Notes: a model not told the origin generated them from the sequence alone. A stretch of 64,000 nt of DNA from Paremcibacter sp. (GCA_048266545.1 JBLWZH010000014.1:7952-71951), one strand, 5' to 3'; counted from the stretch's first letter, positions 9,957 through 19,902 are shown. Program-made: numbers and translations.

Positions 9957-9971
9957 ATTGGCTACTATTTT
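9957..9971 (+). promoter_or_regulatory. shared island motif copy 4 (ATTGGCTACTATTTT)
   Basis: Ends 3 nt before the first ATG of the GntR ORF, in the divergent promoter region shared with the iminopeptidase-like gene. Confidence 0.5.
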
Positions 9972-9974
9972 AAG

Positions 9975-10652
9975 ATGATGCAGAAAAAAAAGATGAACCC
10001 CACGGAACAGCACTTGGCGGAGCGTCTCCGTCAGGACATCCTTTCCGGCGAATATCATGCCGGGGAATGGCTGAAGCAGACGGATATTGAAGATAAATAC
10101 AGCGCCAACAGATTCGAGGTCCGCATGGCCCTGTCGGACCTGAGCGCCCGCAAAATCATTGACCATATCCCCAATCGCGGCTACCGGGTCATCAAACCGA
10201 CCGACCGGGAGCGTGAGGAATTATTCGAGGTCCGCACCGTGCTTGAAACCGCCGCGGCAAAGCTCGCCGTCCAGCACGCCACGGAAACAGACATTGCCGA
10301 ACTCTCGCTTCTGGTCGAGGAATTCGATCGCGCCATTGAAACCCAGGGCAAGGAAACGCTGTTGAATCTGAACGTCCATTTCCACGAAAGATTCTACAGC
10401 CTGTCGGGCAACAAACTTCTGGCCCAGCAAATCATTGAAATGCGGGAACGGGGCCTGCCCGGGCGTCGCGGCGGCTGGAATACCGTGGCCAGCATCCGCG
10501 CCAGTAACGAAGATCACGCCCAAATGATAGAGATGCTGAAAAGAAAAGATTCCGAAGGCATAGCCTATATTGTCTACCGTCACCTGAATCGCTGGCGGGA
10601 ATTCACGGTGCCGGAAAAAAACAGTGGAAGTCTGCTTAAAAAAGCTCCCTGA
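9975..10652 (+). CDS. GntR-family transcriptional regulator, FadR/FCD subfamily
   Basis: N-terminal winged HTH (LAERLRQDILSGEYHAGEWLKQTDIEDKYSANRFEVRMALSDLSARKII) plus a helical FCD-type C-terminal domain. The start may instead be the third ATG (9993). Confidence 0.88.
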   Translation: MMQKKKMNPTEQHLAERLRQDILSGEYHAGEWLKQTDIEDKYSANRFEVRMALSDLSARKIIDHIPNRGYRVIKPTDREREELFEVRTVLETAAAKLAVQHATETDIAELSLLVEEFDRAIETQGKETLLNLNVHFHERFYSLSGNKLLAQQIIEMRERGLPGRRGGWNTVASIRASNEDHAQMIEMLKRKDSEGIAYIVYRHLNRWREFTVPEKNSGSLLKKAP

Positions 10653-10668
10653 GCGCCCAGGGAGCTTT
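10641..10668. terminator. bidirectional hairpin between the convergent GntR and ADH genes
   Basis: AAAGCTCCCTG-AGCGCC-CAGGGAGCTTT, a perfect 11-bp stem. Confidence 0.55.
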
Positions 10669-10681
10669 CACCTTTCATATA

Positions 10682-11848
10682 TTAGCCCAGGTGTCCCTTG
10701 AGGCTATTTTCAAACAGGGCGGCATATTGCGTCGCTTGAAGCGGCGCCGGATTTCCGCCGTTGGACGGATCCTTCGCCGCCGCCCGGGCCAGGGTCGGAA
10801 TATCTTCCGCCTGGACGCCCAGAGCATCGGAAGTATGGGGTATATTCAGGGATTCCCGCCAGCGCAAAACCCATTGCAGCACCCCGTCAAAACCGCCTTC
10901 CACATCCATAACACGGCCGAGCCGCTCCATTTTCGCCGCAATATGGGGCCGGTTGCAAACCATAACATAAGGCAGAAAAACAGCATTGGTCAGGCCATGA
11001 TGGGCGTCATATCGCGCCCCGACCGGGTGGCTCATGGCGTGGATCGCCCCCAGCCCCTTCTGAAAGGCCGTCGCGCCCATACTGGCGGCGGCCAGCATGT
11101 GACCGCGCGCCGTCAGGTTGGCGCCGTCTTTACAAGCTGTCTCCAGCCAATCCCTGATCAGACGCATCCCTTCGAGCGCGATTCCGTCCGCCATCGGATG
11201 ATAACCGGGCGCGCAAAGGGCTTCAAAACAGTGGGTAAAGGCGTCAATCCCCGTCGCCGCCGTCAGGTTCGCCGGCAGACCAACGGTCAGCTCGGGATCG
11301 CTGATCACCACCGCGGGCATCATCAGGGGATGAAAGATAATCTTTTTTTCATGGGTTTCACAATTGGTAATCACCGAAGCCCGGCCCACTTCGGCCCCGG
11401 TTCCCGCCGTGGTCGGCACCGCCACCGTTCTCGCGACCCCGGCCTCATCAACCCGACGCCAGTTATCGCCTTCATCGACAAAATCCCACAGCGGCCGCGT
11501 CTGCCCGGCCATCAGGGCGATGGCCTTGGCCGCATCCAGCGCGCTGCCGCCGCCAAAGGCGATCACACCGTCATGAGAATGGCTGCGGTAGGCAGTGACT
11601 CCGTTCGCGACATTGTTTCCGGTGGGGTTGGGTTTGATGTCGCTGAAGATGGCGCAGGCAAGCCCGGCCGCCAGACAAGCCTGATGGGCTTCGGCAATAA
11701 AATCCATATGAACAAGCCCGGCATCGGTCACCAGCAGCGGGCGATGAATGCCCAGCGCCTTTAAAATATCGGGCAATTCCCGAATGCGTCTGGCGCCAAA
11801 ACGCATATCTGTCGGATAATTCCAGTTTCCTGTCAGCCTTTCACTCAT
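10682..11848 (-). CDS. iron-containing (group III) alcohol dehydrogenase
   Basis: GGGSALDAAK nucleotide-binding block and His-rich metal site (HAMSHP...HHG). Confidence 0.9.
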   Translation of the reverse strand: MSERLTGNWNYPTDMRFGARRIRELPDILKALGIHRPLLVTDAGLVHMDFIAEAHQACLAAGLACAIFSDIKPNPTGNNVANGVTAYRSHSHDGVIAFGGGSALDAAKAIALMAGQTRPLWDFVDEGDNWRRVDEAGVARTVAVPTTAGTGAEVGRASVITNCETHEKKIIFHPLMMPAVVISDPELTVGLPANLTAATGIDAFTHCFEALCAPGYHPMADGIALEGMRLIRDWLETACKDGANLTARGHMLAAASMGATAFQKGLGAIHAMSHPVGARYDAHHGLTNAVFLPYVMVCNRPHIAAKMERLGRVMDVEGGFDGVLQWVLRWRESLNIPHTSDALGVQAEDIPTLARAAAKDPSNGGNPAPLQATQYAALFENSLKGHLG

Positions 11849-11875
11849 GTCAGATCCACTTCTTTAATATTCGGG

Positions 11876-13264
11876 TTATTTGAGACGCAGGTGGAAGGAT
11901 TTGGGCCGGGTCAAATAGTCAAATCCCAGCTCCGACAGACTGCAACCGCGTCCCGACTCCTTCACCCCCGTCCAGGCGAGGCCCGGATCAAGATAATCAC
12001 AGCGGTTCATGAACAATGTTCCCGTCTCAATCCGTTCCCCAATATGCGTGACCGCATCCGCATCGCTGCTCCAGATGGACGCGGTCAGGCCGTAAGGGCT
12101 GTCATTCATCAGACGGATGGCTTCTTCATCGCCCCCGACCGGCATGATTCCGACGACCGGTCCGAAGCTTTCCTCCGTCATGACACGCATGTCATGGTTG
12201 ACATTGATCAGAACCTGGGGCGCCAGATACGCTGTCCCCGGCTTTGCGGCCGGAAACAACCGGGGATCAATCAGACCTTCCGCCCCTGCGGCAATCGCGG
12301 CATCAATCTGGCCCTGAACCCGGGCCGCCGCCAACGCCCCCACCATCGGCCCCAGGTTTATGTTTTCATCACAGGGGTTGCCGAGCCGGTATTGACGCAC
12401 CTGCGCCGCGAAAGCCGCAATAAAATCCTGATAGAGGCTGTCATGAACATAAATGCGCTCCACCGCACAACAGGACTGTCCGGAATTATAAAAAGCCCCG
12501 TCCACCAGGTTTTCCACCGCCCCGCTCAGGTCTGCGTCTGCGCGGACATAGGCCGGATCCTTGCCGCCCAGTTCCAGGCCAACCGGCAGGAAACGTCCCG
12601 CCGCCGCCTGTTCGACCCGTCGCCCGTTTGCGACCGATCCGGTAAAGACAACCCCCTGAAGATCCGCTTTTGCAATCACCGAAAGGGCATCCTGATCCGC
12701 AAGATGAAGATACTGGAAGACGCCGTCCGGCACGCCCGCCTCACGGAAAATCTCCACCAGGCGTTCCGCAACCAGCGGCGTCTGCGGGGACGGCTTCAGC
12801 AAAACCGCATTGCCGGCCAGCAACGCCGGGATCAGGCTGTTGGCCACCGTCAGATAAGGATAGTTCCACGGCGCCATGACAAAGATGACGCCCAGAGGCT
12901 GCTTGCGGATATATTTCCTGAATTCCCCATCATCCTGCACCGCAATATCGGCCAGTGCCTTGGGCGCAACCTGCAACATATAACGGGCGCGCTCCTCAAA
13001 CCCCCTGATTTCGCCACCCGCCTGGGACAGGGGACGGCCCATCTGCCAGGTAATTTCTTCCGCCAGCATGTCCGTTCTCTCAAGCAGAAGATCGACCGCC
13101 CGGCTGATGGTTTCCCGCCGCCGGTCAAGGCTTTCATCCTGCCATATCCGCTGCATCCGCCTGGCCTTGTCCAGCACCCGGGTGATCTGGTCCGCATCGG
13201 CAAAGGGACGCTCGACATAAATATTCCCGTTTACCGGCGATATGGTTGTTACTTGATCAGTCAT
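11876..13264 (-). CDS. NAD(P)-dependent aldehyde dehydrogenase
   Basis: ELGGK and NSGQSCCAVER (catalytic Cys) motifs. Start set at MTDQVTT (ATG = complement of 13262-13264), which avoids overlap with the upstream gene. Confidence 0.9.
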   Translation of the reverse strand: MTDQVTTISPVNGNIYVERPFADADQITRVLDKARRMQRIWQDESLDRRRETISRAVDLLLERTDMLAEEITWQMGRPLSQAGGEIRGFEERARYMLQVAPKALADIAVQDDGEFRKYIRKQPLGVIFVMAPWNYPYLTVANSLIPALLAGNAVLLKPSPQTPLVAERLVEIFREAGVPDGVFQYLHLADQDALSVIAKADLQGVVFTGSVANGRRVEQAAAGRFLPVGLELGGKDPAYVRADADLSGAVENLVDGAFYNSGQSCCAVERIYVHDSLYQDFIAAFAAQVRQYRLGNPCDENINLGPMVGALAAARVQGQIDAAIAAGAEGLIDPRLFPAAKPGTAYLAPQVLINVNHDMRVMTEESFGPVVGIMPVGGDEEAIRLMNDSPYGLTASIWSSDADAVTHIGERIETGTLFMNRCDYLDPGLAWTGVKESGRGCSLSELGFDYLTRPKSFHLRLK

Positions 13265-13281
13265 TATGCCTGGTTTCCCTG

Positions 13282-14640
13282 TTAGATAATCTCGAAATAA
13301 CGGCGCATTTCCCAGTCGGTGACATATTTGCGGAATTCGCGTTCCTCCCATTCCCGGGTGGCGGCGAAATGCTCGACAAATTCATCCCCGAACCAGTCCC
13401 GGGCCATGGCCGAGGATTTCAACCTTTGGGCCGCGTCCCACAAACCCGAAGGCAGCGAATATTCCGGCGCCATATCCTGCGTATAGGCATTGCCGACAAC
13501 CTTCTCTGTCGGCTCTATTTCATTTTCGATGCCCCACAGTCCGGAGGCCAACGCCGCCGCCAGCGCCAGATAGGGATTGCCGTCCGCCGCCGCGACCCGA
13601 TATTCCACCCGCTGGGATTTGGGGCTGCCGGGAATGGCCCGCAGGGCCGTGGTTCGGTTTTCTACCCCCCAACTGGCGTTGGTCGGCGCCCAGAACCCCG
13701 GCACCAGACGCGTATAGCTGTTGATGGTCGGCGCGATCATGGCCAACAGTTCCGGCATCAGTTTCTGCTGACCGCCAATGAAGTAACGCATGGTCTGGCT
13801 GATGGATTTTTCCTGGGCCGCATCATGAAACACCGCCTTGCCGTCCTTGTCCTGAAGCGAAAGATGGATATGGCCACTCTGCCCCGGCGCCTCGTTGGCG
13901 CATTTGGCCATAAAGGTGATCATCTTGTTATCTTGTTGCGCCACAACCTTGGCGAAGGTTTTGAATAACGCCGCCTTGTCCGCCGCCGCCAGAGCATGAT
14001 CAACCGTCAGGGCTGCCTCCATCACGCCGGCGCCGGTTTCCTCATGCAGCCCCTCGATGGCAATCTCCATTTCGGCCATTTGATCGAGCAACAGGTGATA
14101 AAACGGGGCATGCGTGCTGTTGCGGATAACCGAATAGCCGAAATTTCCCTCCCCAAACGGCACCAGGTCGCGGTAATTTTTCTCCCGCACCGAACGGGCG
14201 CTCTCCTCAAAGGCGAAAAATTCATATTCAATGCCGGCCGAAGCGGCATAACCCATCTGTCCGGCTCGCTCCAGCACCCGTTGCAGCAACCGTCTTGGGC
14301 ATATCGCCGCTGCCCGGCCCGTAAATTCCGCCAGGAAGAAAGGGGTCCCCTCCTCAAAGGGCAAGGCGCGATAACTGTCCGGCACAATCCGGACATTGGC
14401 GTCGGGATAGCCCGTATGCCAACCGGTAAATTTGACATTGTCATACAGCCTGTCATCCAGGTCCCAGCCCAGCGCCACGTCACAAAATCCGAACCCTCCG
14501 TCCAGCGCCGACAGAAATTTATCGAGCGAGATATATTTTCCCCGAAGGACGCCGTCCATATCAAAGACGCCAACCTTGACATGGCGATGCGGGCCTTCCT
14601 TCAACTGGTTAATCACTGTTTCCATTTTGCCGACCCTCAT
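13282..14640 (-). CDS. glutamine synthetase-family protein (gamma-glutamyl-amine ligase, PuuA/IpuC-like)
   Basis: GS catalytic-domain blocks (KCANEAPGQSGHIHLSL, NSYTRLVPGFWAP, ENRTTALR, VEYRVAAADGNPYLALAA). An alternative start METV at 14625 has a GAGGG SD. Confidence 0.85.
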   Translation of the reverse strand: MRVGKMETVINQLKEGPHRHVKVGVFDMDGVLRGKYISLDKFLSALDGGFGFCDVALGWDLDDRLYDNVKFTGWHTGYPDANVRIVPDSYRALPFEEGTPFFLAEFTGRAAAICPRRLLQRVLERAGQMGYAASAGIEYEFFAFEESARSVREKNYRDLVPFGEGNFGYSVIRNSTHAPFYHLLLDQMAEMEIAIEGLHEETGAGVMEAALTVDHALAAADKAALFKTFAKVVAQQDNKMITFMAKCANEAPGQSGHIHLSLQDKDGKAVFHDAAQEKSISQTMRYFIGGQQKLMPELLAMIAPTINSYTRLVPGFWAPTNASWGVENRTTALRAIPGSPKSQRVEYRVAAADGNPYLALAAALASGLWGIENEIEPTEKVVGNAYTQDMAPEYSLPSGLWDAAQRLKSSAMARDWFGDEFVEHFAATREWEEREFRKYVTDWEMRRYFEII

Positions 14641-14685
14641 ATTATCTATTTTAAGGTGATTTTACGCCTACGCCACAAGATAGCC

Positions 14686-14700
14686 AATATAGTAGCCAAT
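14686..14700 (-). promoter_or_regulatory. shared island motif copy 5 (reads ATTGGCTACTATATT toward the GS-like gene), plus an extra TAGCCAAT half-site at 14681-14688
   Basis: AATATAGTAGCCAAT on the + strand, in the divergent GS-like / aldolase promoter region. Confidence 0.45.
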
Positions 14701-14773
14701 TTATATAGTAAATCAAATCATTTTTCGCTATCATGCTCCAAACCCCGGATTTATTTTAAAGGAACAGATTAAA

Positions 14774-15490
14774 ATGCCCGAAACTACAACAAACGCCGTA
14801 TGGTTTTCCTCCCCCAATATCTGCTTGCTGGAACTGGTTGCCGCATCCGGAATTGGTCAAATCGTCATTGATCTTGAGCATGGCGTCTTTGACCTGGCGA
14901 CAACGGACGCCTTCATTCTGACGGCGCGGGCGCTGGGCCTGCGGGTTCACGCCAAAACCCTGGCGCCTGAAATGAGCCCTATTCAGCAGATGCTCGACCT
15001 TGGCGCGCATTCCGTCATTATACCACATGTGGGCGGGATTGATCATGCCGAACATGTCTGCGCCTTCGCCAAGTTCCCGCCCCTGGGCAGCCGCAGTTGC
15101 GCCGGCGGACGCACCTTCGGATACGCCCCGGCGACCGCCGATCATTTTGACCGGCAGAATAAAGTCACAAAATGCTATCCGATGATTGAAACCGCCGACT
15201 CGTTAAAGGATATTGATAAAATTCTGGCGCTTGATACGGTGGACGGCGTCTTTATCGGCCCCACGGACCTCGCCCTGTCCCAGGGCCGCGGCCTTTATGG
15301 CTTTACGGACCGGGACCAACAGAACATCAGGCAGATTGCCCGCGCCGCCAAGCGGGCCGGCAAAGTCTGGATCATGCCCGCCTGGACAAAAGCGGAGCGT
15401 CAGCTGTCGCAGGAACTGGATGTCGACTTTATGGTGACGACCCATGAACACAGCATTCTGGCAAGTGGATTGCGCCATACTCTGACATGA
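14774..15490 (+). CDS. HpcH/HpaI-family aldolase
   Basis: 238 aa. The blocks IDLEHG...IPHV...ETA..L.NIDKILALDTVDGVFIGPTDL are typical of 2,4-dihydroxyhept-2-enedioate-type aldolases. AAAGGAA SD upstream. Confidence 0.8.
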   Translation: MPETTTNAVWFSSPNICLLELVAASGIGQIVIDLEHGVFDLATTDAFILTARALGLRVHAKTLAPEMSPIQQMLDLGAHSVIIPHVGGIDHAEHVCAFAKFPPLGSRSCAGGRTFGYAPATADHFDRQNKVTKCYPMIETADSLKDIDKILALDTVDGVFIGPTDLALSQGRGLYGFTDRDQQNIRQIARAAKRAGKVWIMPAWTKAERQLSQELDVDFMVTTHEHSILASGLRHTLT

Positions 15491-15661
15491 AGCTCCCGAT
15501 GTCATTGAATATACCATTGCTGACTTAAAAGATCCCACTCTTCAAGATCAACTTCATGAATGGTAGTATTTTTATAATTGTAGGAATGTGCGATCTGTTA
15601 ATTGTCATGCAAAAGTGCCCCACTTAGGTGGTGATGTGTCAACATTGTTCCGGACAGTTCG

Positions 15662-16486
15662 TTAAGCTGCTTTTGTGAGATTTTCATATTCTTTTGGTGA
15701 CAGGTAATTATTAGCAGAATGCATTCTATTTTGATTATACAATACCTCTATATATTCAAATATTGCTTTTTTTGCCTCCTCCTGATTTTCAAATTCATGA
15801 TGATGGACCAATTCTGTTTTCAGGGTATGAAAACACCTCTCCGCCACAGCATTATCCCAACAGTTACCCTTCCTGCTCATGCTTTGAGTGATGTCATGAT
15901 CCTTGTATATGGCGCGGTGACTATCTGAGGCATATTGGCTGCCACGATCCGTATGCCAAACGAAGCCAGCTTCAGGTTTTCGTTGCCAAATAGCCATCAG
16001 CAAAGCATCATTGACCAACCGGGCCCGCATATGGTTGGCCATAGACCACCCGATGACATTTCGAGAGTAAAGATCAATTACCGTCGCCAGATATAGCCAG
16101 CCTTTCTTGGGGGCCACATACGTAATATCCCCCACCCAATATTGGTTCATGTGCTCCACATCAAATCGTCTTTCCAATAGGTTCGGCGAAATCTCTTTTG
16201 CATGTCTGGAGCAGGTTGCCACTTTGAATTTTCTTTTTGTTTTACACTGTAAATCAGTCTCCCTCATTAACCGACCAACGCGCTGGCGACTGACAATCTT
16301 CCCCTGCAAAGCCAATTTTTTCTTAATCCGTCGTGTGCCATACGTCTGACGGCTCTCGACAAAGATATGGCGAATATCTTCCTTCAAGATCTTGTCCTGC
16401 CGAGCCCTTTTACTTATCGGTGCTTCCAGCCAATGGTAATAAGAACTCCGGCTGATCTTCATAAAACGACAGAGTAGGCAAACCAT
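15662..16486 (-). CDS. IS3 transposase OrfB (rve/DDE integrase core); normally made as an OrfAB fusion
   Basis: DDE residues in WVGDITY, HTDRGSQY and NAVAERCF. The -1 frame of orfA reads into this ORF upstream of its first Met. Confidence 0.9.
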   Translation of the reverse strand: MVCLLCRFMKISRSSYYHWLEAPISKRARQDKILKEDIRHIFVESRQTYGTRRIKKKLALQGKIVSRQRVGRLMRETDLQCKTKRKFKVATCSRHAKEISPNLLERRFDVEHMNQYWVGDITYVAPKKGWLYLATVIDLYSRNVIGWSMANHMRARLVNDALLMAIWQRKPEAGFVWHTDRGSQYASDSHRAIYKDHDITQSMSRKGNCWDNAVAERCFHTLKTELVHHHEFENQEEAKKAIFEYIEVLYNQNRMHSANNYLSPKEYENLTKAA

Positions 16487-16521
16487 GTAATGACAGCTCT
16501 GCTCTTTGATCCACGCGGACT

Positions 16522-16812
16522 TTACAGAGTTTCTTTCGCAAAATACGCGGCCGCCTTTTTTAACAGATCACGCTCCTGCCTAACCTGGGCCAGTTCTCTT
16601 TTTAGACGTTTGATCTCATCAAAATGATGCTCCTTCAGGGAATGTGGTTTTTCTGAAGGCATCCCATATTTACTGATCCAGGTATGTAGGGTATTGACAT
16701 TAATGCCTAAATTCTTTGCTGTATGAGCAATGGGCTGATCAGATTCAAGAGCTAATTTGATGGAGGATTCCCGAAACTCGGAGGGATAGCTGTTTACTTT
16801 TCTATTTGATAT
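16522..16812 (-). CDS. IS3 transposase OrfA (HTH), apparently lacking a canonical start codon
   Basis: My translation is (ATA)SNRKVNSYPSEFRESSIKLALESDQPIAHTAKNLGINVNTLHTWISKYG...LLKKAAAYFAKETL*. The codon before ATA is TAG, and AAGGAA lies 9 nt upstream. Absent from the ORF track because there is no ATG. Confidence 0.7.
   Translation of the reverse strand: MSNRKVNSYPSEFRESSIKLALESDQPIAHTAKNLGINVNTLHTWISKYGMPSEKPHSLKEHHFDEIKRLKRELAQVRQERDLLKKAAAYFAKETL
16555..16561 (-). promoter_or_regulatory. programmed -1 ribosomal frameshift site A-AAA-AAG of the IS3 element
   Basis: CTTTTTT on the + strand. A shift to -1 gives KKGGRVFCERNSVKSAWIKEQSCHYMVCLLCRF..., which joins OrfB. Confidence 0.7.
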
Positions 16813-16880
16813 CTATTTCTATTCCTTAATAAGTCAGATTCCTTTCAACTCACTTGTCCGGAATAGGGTAGACACATCAT

Positions 16881-17110
16881 AAGGCGGCAGGTCTTGATTT
16901 CGTCACGCACTCAAGACGTCTCGCCGGGGAATTTCTGGTTGTCGTAAGAACCGTCCGATCTGCAGGCGCTGCACACCGGGGACGACTGAAGATCGGGTTG
17001 ATAGCATTGTTGTCAAGAAGTGCGATGCGCGATGTCATTGCCGATTACAGGGAAGAGCACCCCGCAATAGATTTGAGCTTCATTGAAACCGACCGGAGCG
17101 AGTTGATGAC
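16881..17110 (+). pseudogene. LysR-family regulator remnant (linker plus start of the effector domain only)
   Basis: The frame that opens directly at the IS end reads ...RRLAGEFLVVVRTVRSAGAAHRGRLKIGLIALLSRSAMRDVIADYREEHPAIDLSFIETDRSELM. There is no HTH-encoding part on either side of the IS, and similarity is lost after about 17110. Confidence 0.6.
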
Positions 17111-17181
17111 ATTTTTTGAAAAGCTCATTCCTCCCCCAATCCCTGGGGCCAAAGCCGTGCTGTTCTGTCTTTGTCCGCATG

Positions 17182-17212
17182 AAAAAGCCCGGCGGGGCGG
17201 CCGGGCTTTTAT
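17182..17212 (-). terminator. rho-independent terminator of thiC
   Basis: On the minus strand: GCCCGGCCGCCCCGCCGGGC followed by TTTTTC. Confidence 0.7.
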
Positions 17213-17244
17213 AATCGATTAGGGGCCTCTGTCCCGAAAGGGAG

Positions 17245-19155
<1,911 letters not shown>

Positions 19156-19194
19156 TTATATCCGGACTATGGGCGAAGGAATGGTAAACTAGTA

Positions 19195-19334
19195 TTCCAT
19201 CCCTCCGCCAGAATAACCCGGATCAGGTTCAAAGGGTCTCCACTTGCAAGATCTTGTCACGCGCTGCCGCCTTCGGCTGCTTGAGCGTGATCTCACGGGT
19301 GGGGTCTCAGCCTCATTCAAAGCTCCCCTTGGAA
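19195..19334 (-). promoter_or_regulatory. TPP (THI-box) riboswitch in the thiC leader
   Basis: The minus strand reads UUCCAAGGGGAGC...GGCUGAGA...(long insert)...ACCCUUUGAACCUGAUCCGGGUUAUUCUGGCGGAGGGAUGGAA. P1 is UUCCA/UGGAA, and the conserved CUGAGA and ACCUGAUC..GGCG.AGGGA cores are present. Confidence 0.88.
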
Positions 19335-19434
19335 TTTCAGTGTATGCTGGTCTTTTTTGCATAAAACTTCAAGCAGAAACGACAAAAATCGGTTTTTTAT
19401 GGGTTTTACGGATCAGTTTCTGTATAACCCCGGC

Positions 19435-19899
19435 ATGCTTATGGAACTTGAAGACATAAAAGGCCGGCTTGAAACCGGACAACGACTCCTCGGCCTCGAC
19501 CTCGGCAGCAAGACAATCGGCCTTGCCTTGTCCGATGTCATGCGCCGCATCGCGACCCCGATGGAGATTATCAAGCGCACCAAATTCACCAGGGATGCGG
19601 AACGGCTGATTGACATTATCCGGCAACAGAATGTCGGCGGTCTGGTCCTGGGGATGCCGCTCAATATGGATGGTAGCGAAGGCCCCCGCTGCCAGTCGAC
19701 ACGGCAATTCGCCAAAAATATGACCGAAAAAATTGAAATTCCGATCGCGCTGTGGGATGAAAGGCTGTCGACCGTCGCCGTGACCCGCACCCTGATCGAG
19801 GCCGACGCCAGCCGGAAACGGCGTAAGGATCTGGTCGATAAACTTGCCGCCGCCTATATTCTGCAGGGGGCGCTGGATAAAATGCAGCGCATCTCTTAA
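19435..19899 (+). CDS. ruvX: Holliday-junction resolvase-like nuclease RuvX (YqgF)
   Basis: The blocks LLGLDLGSKTIGLALSD...GLVLGMPLNMDGSEG...DERLSTV fit the family. Start chosen at an internal Met (19435 or 19441), because the family is about 150 aa and the ORF-track N-terminus is unconserved. Confidence 0.88.
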   Translation: MLMELEDIKGRLETGQRLLGLDLGSKTIGLALSDVMRRIATPMEIIKRTKFTRDAERLIDIIRQQNVGGLVLGMPLNMDGSEGPRCQSTRQFAKNMTEKIEIPIALWDERLSTVAVTRTLIEADASRKRRKDLVDKLAAAYILQGALDKMQRIS

Positions 19900-19902
19900 T
19901 TA

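Larger units (their letters stand above)
15632..16879 (-). mobile_element. IS3-family insertion sequence (1248 bp)
   Basis: Terminal inverted repeats are TGATGTGTCAACATTGTTCCGGACA (15632-) and the complement of 16855-16879, TGATGTGTCTACCCTATTCCGGACA (21/25 identical, TG...CA ends). Has orfA and orfB with an A6G slippery site. No matching 3-4 bp target duplication (flanks TGG / TAA). Confidence 0.9.

Noticed and set aside
9984-9991. A8 homopolymer between the alternative GntR start codons as a phase-variation tract
   Set aside because: It is short for slipped-strand switching. It simply encodes Lys-Lys-Lys if the first ATG is used, or lies in the leader if the third is used. There is no supporting evidence.
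10691-13285. 357-aa and 464-aa ORFs on the + strand
   Set aside because: They are antisense to the Fe-ADH and ALDH genes, which carry clear catalytic motifs. The shadow ORFs are low-complexity R/G/P/Q-rich.
3141-14700. Reading the shared motif as a sigma54 promoter (TGGC..-N-..TTGC)
   Set aside because: TGGCTAC resembles the -24 box, but the -12 GC is absent in four of five copies (TTTT/TTTA instead of TTGC). No EBP-type activator is encoded in the island.
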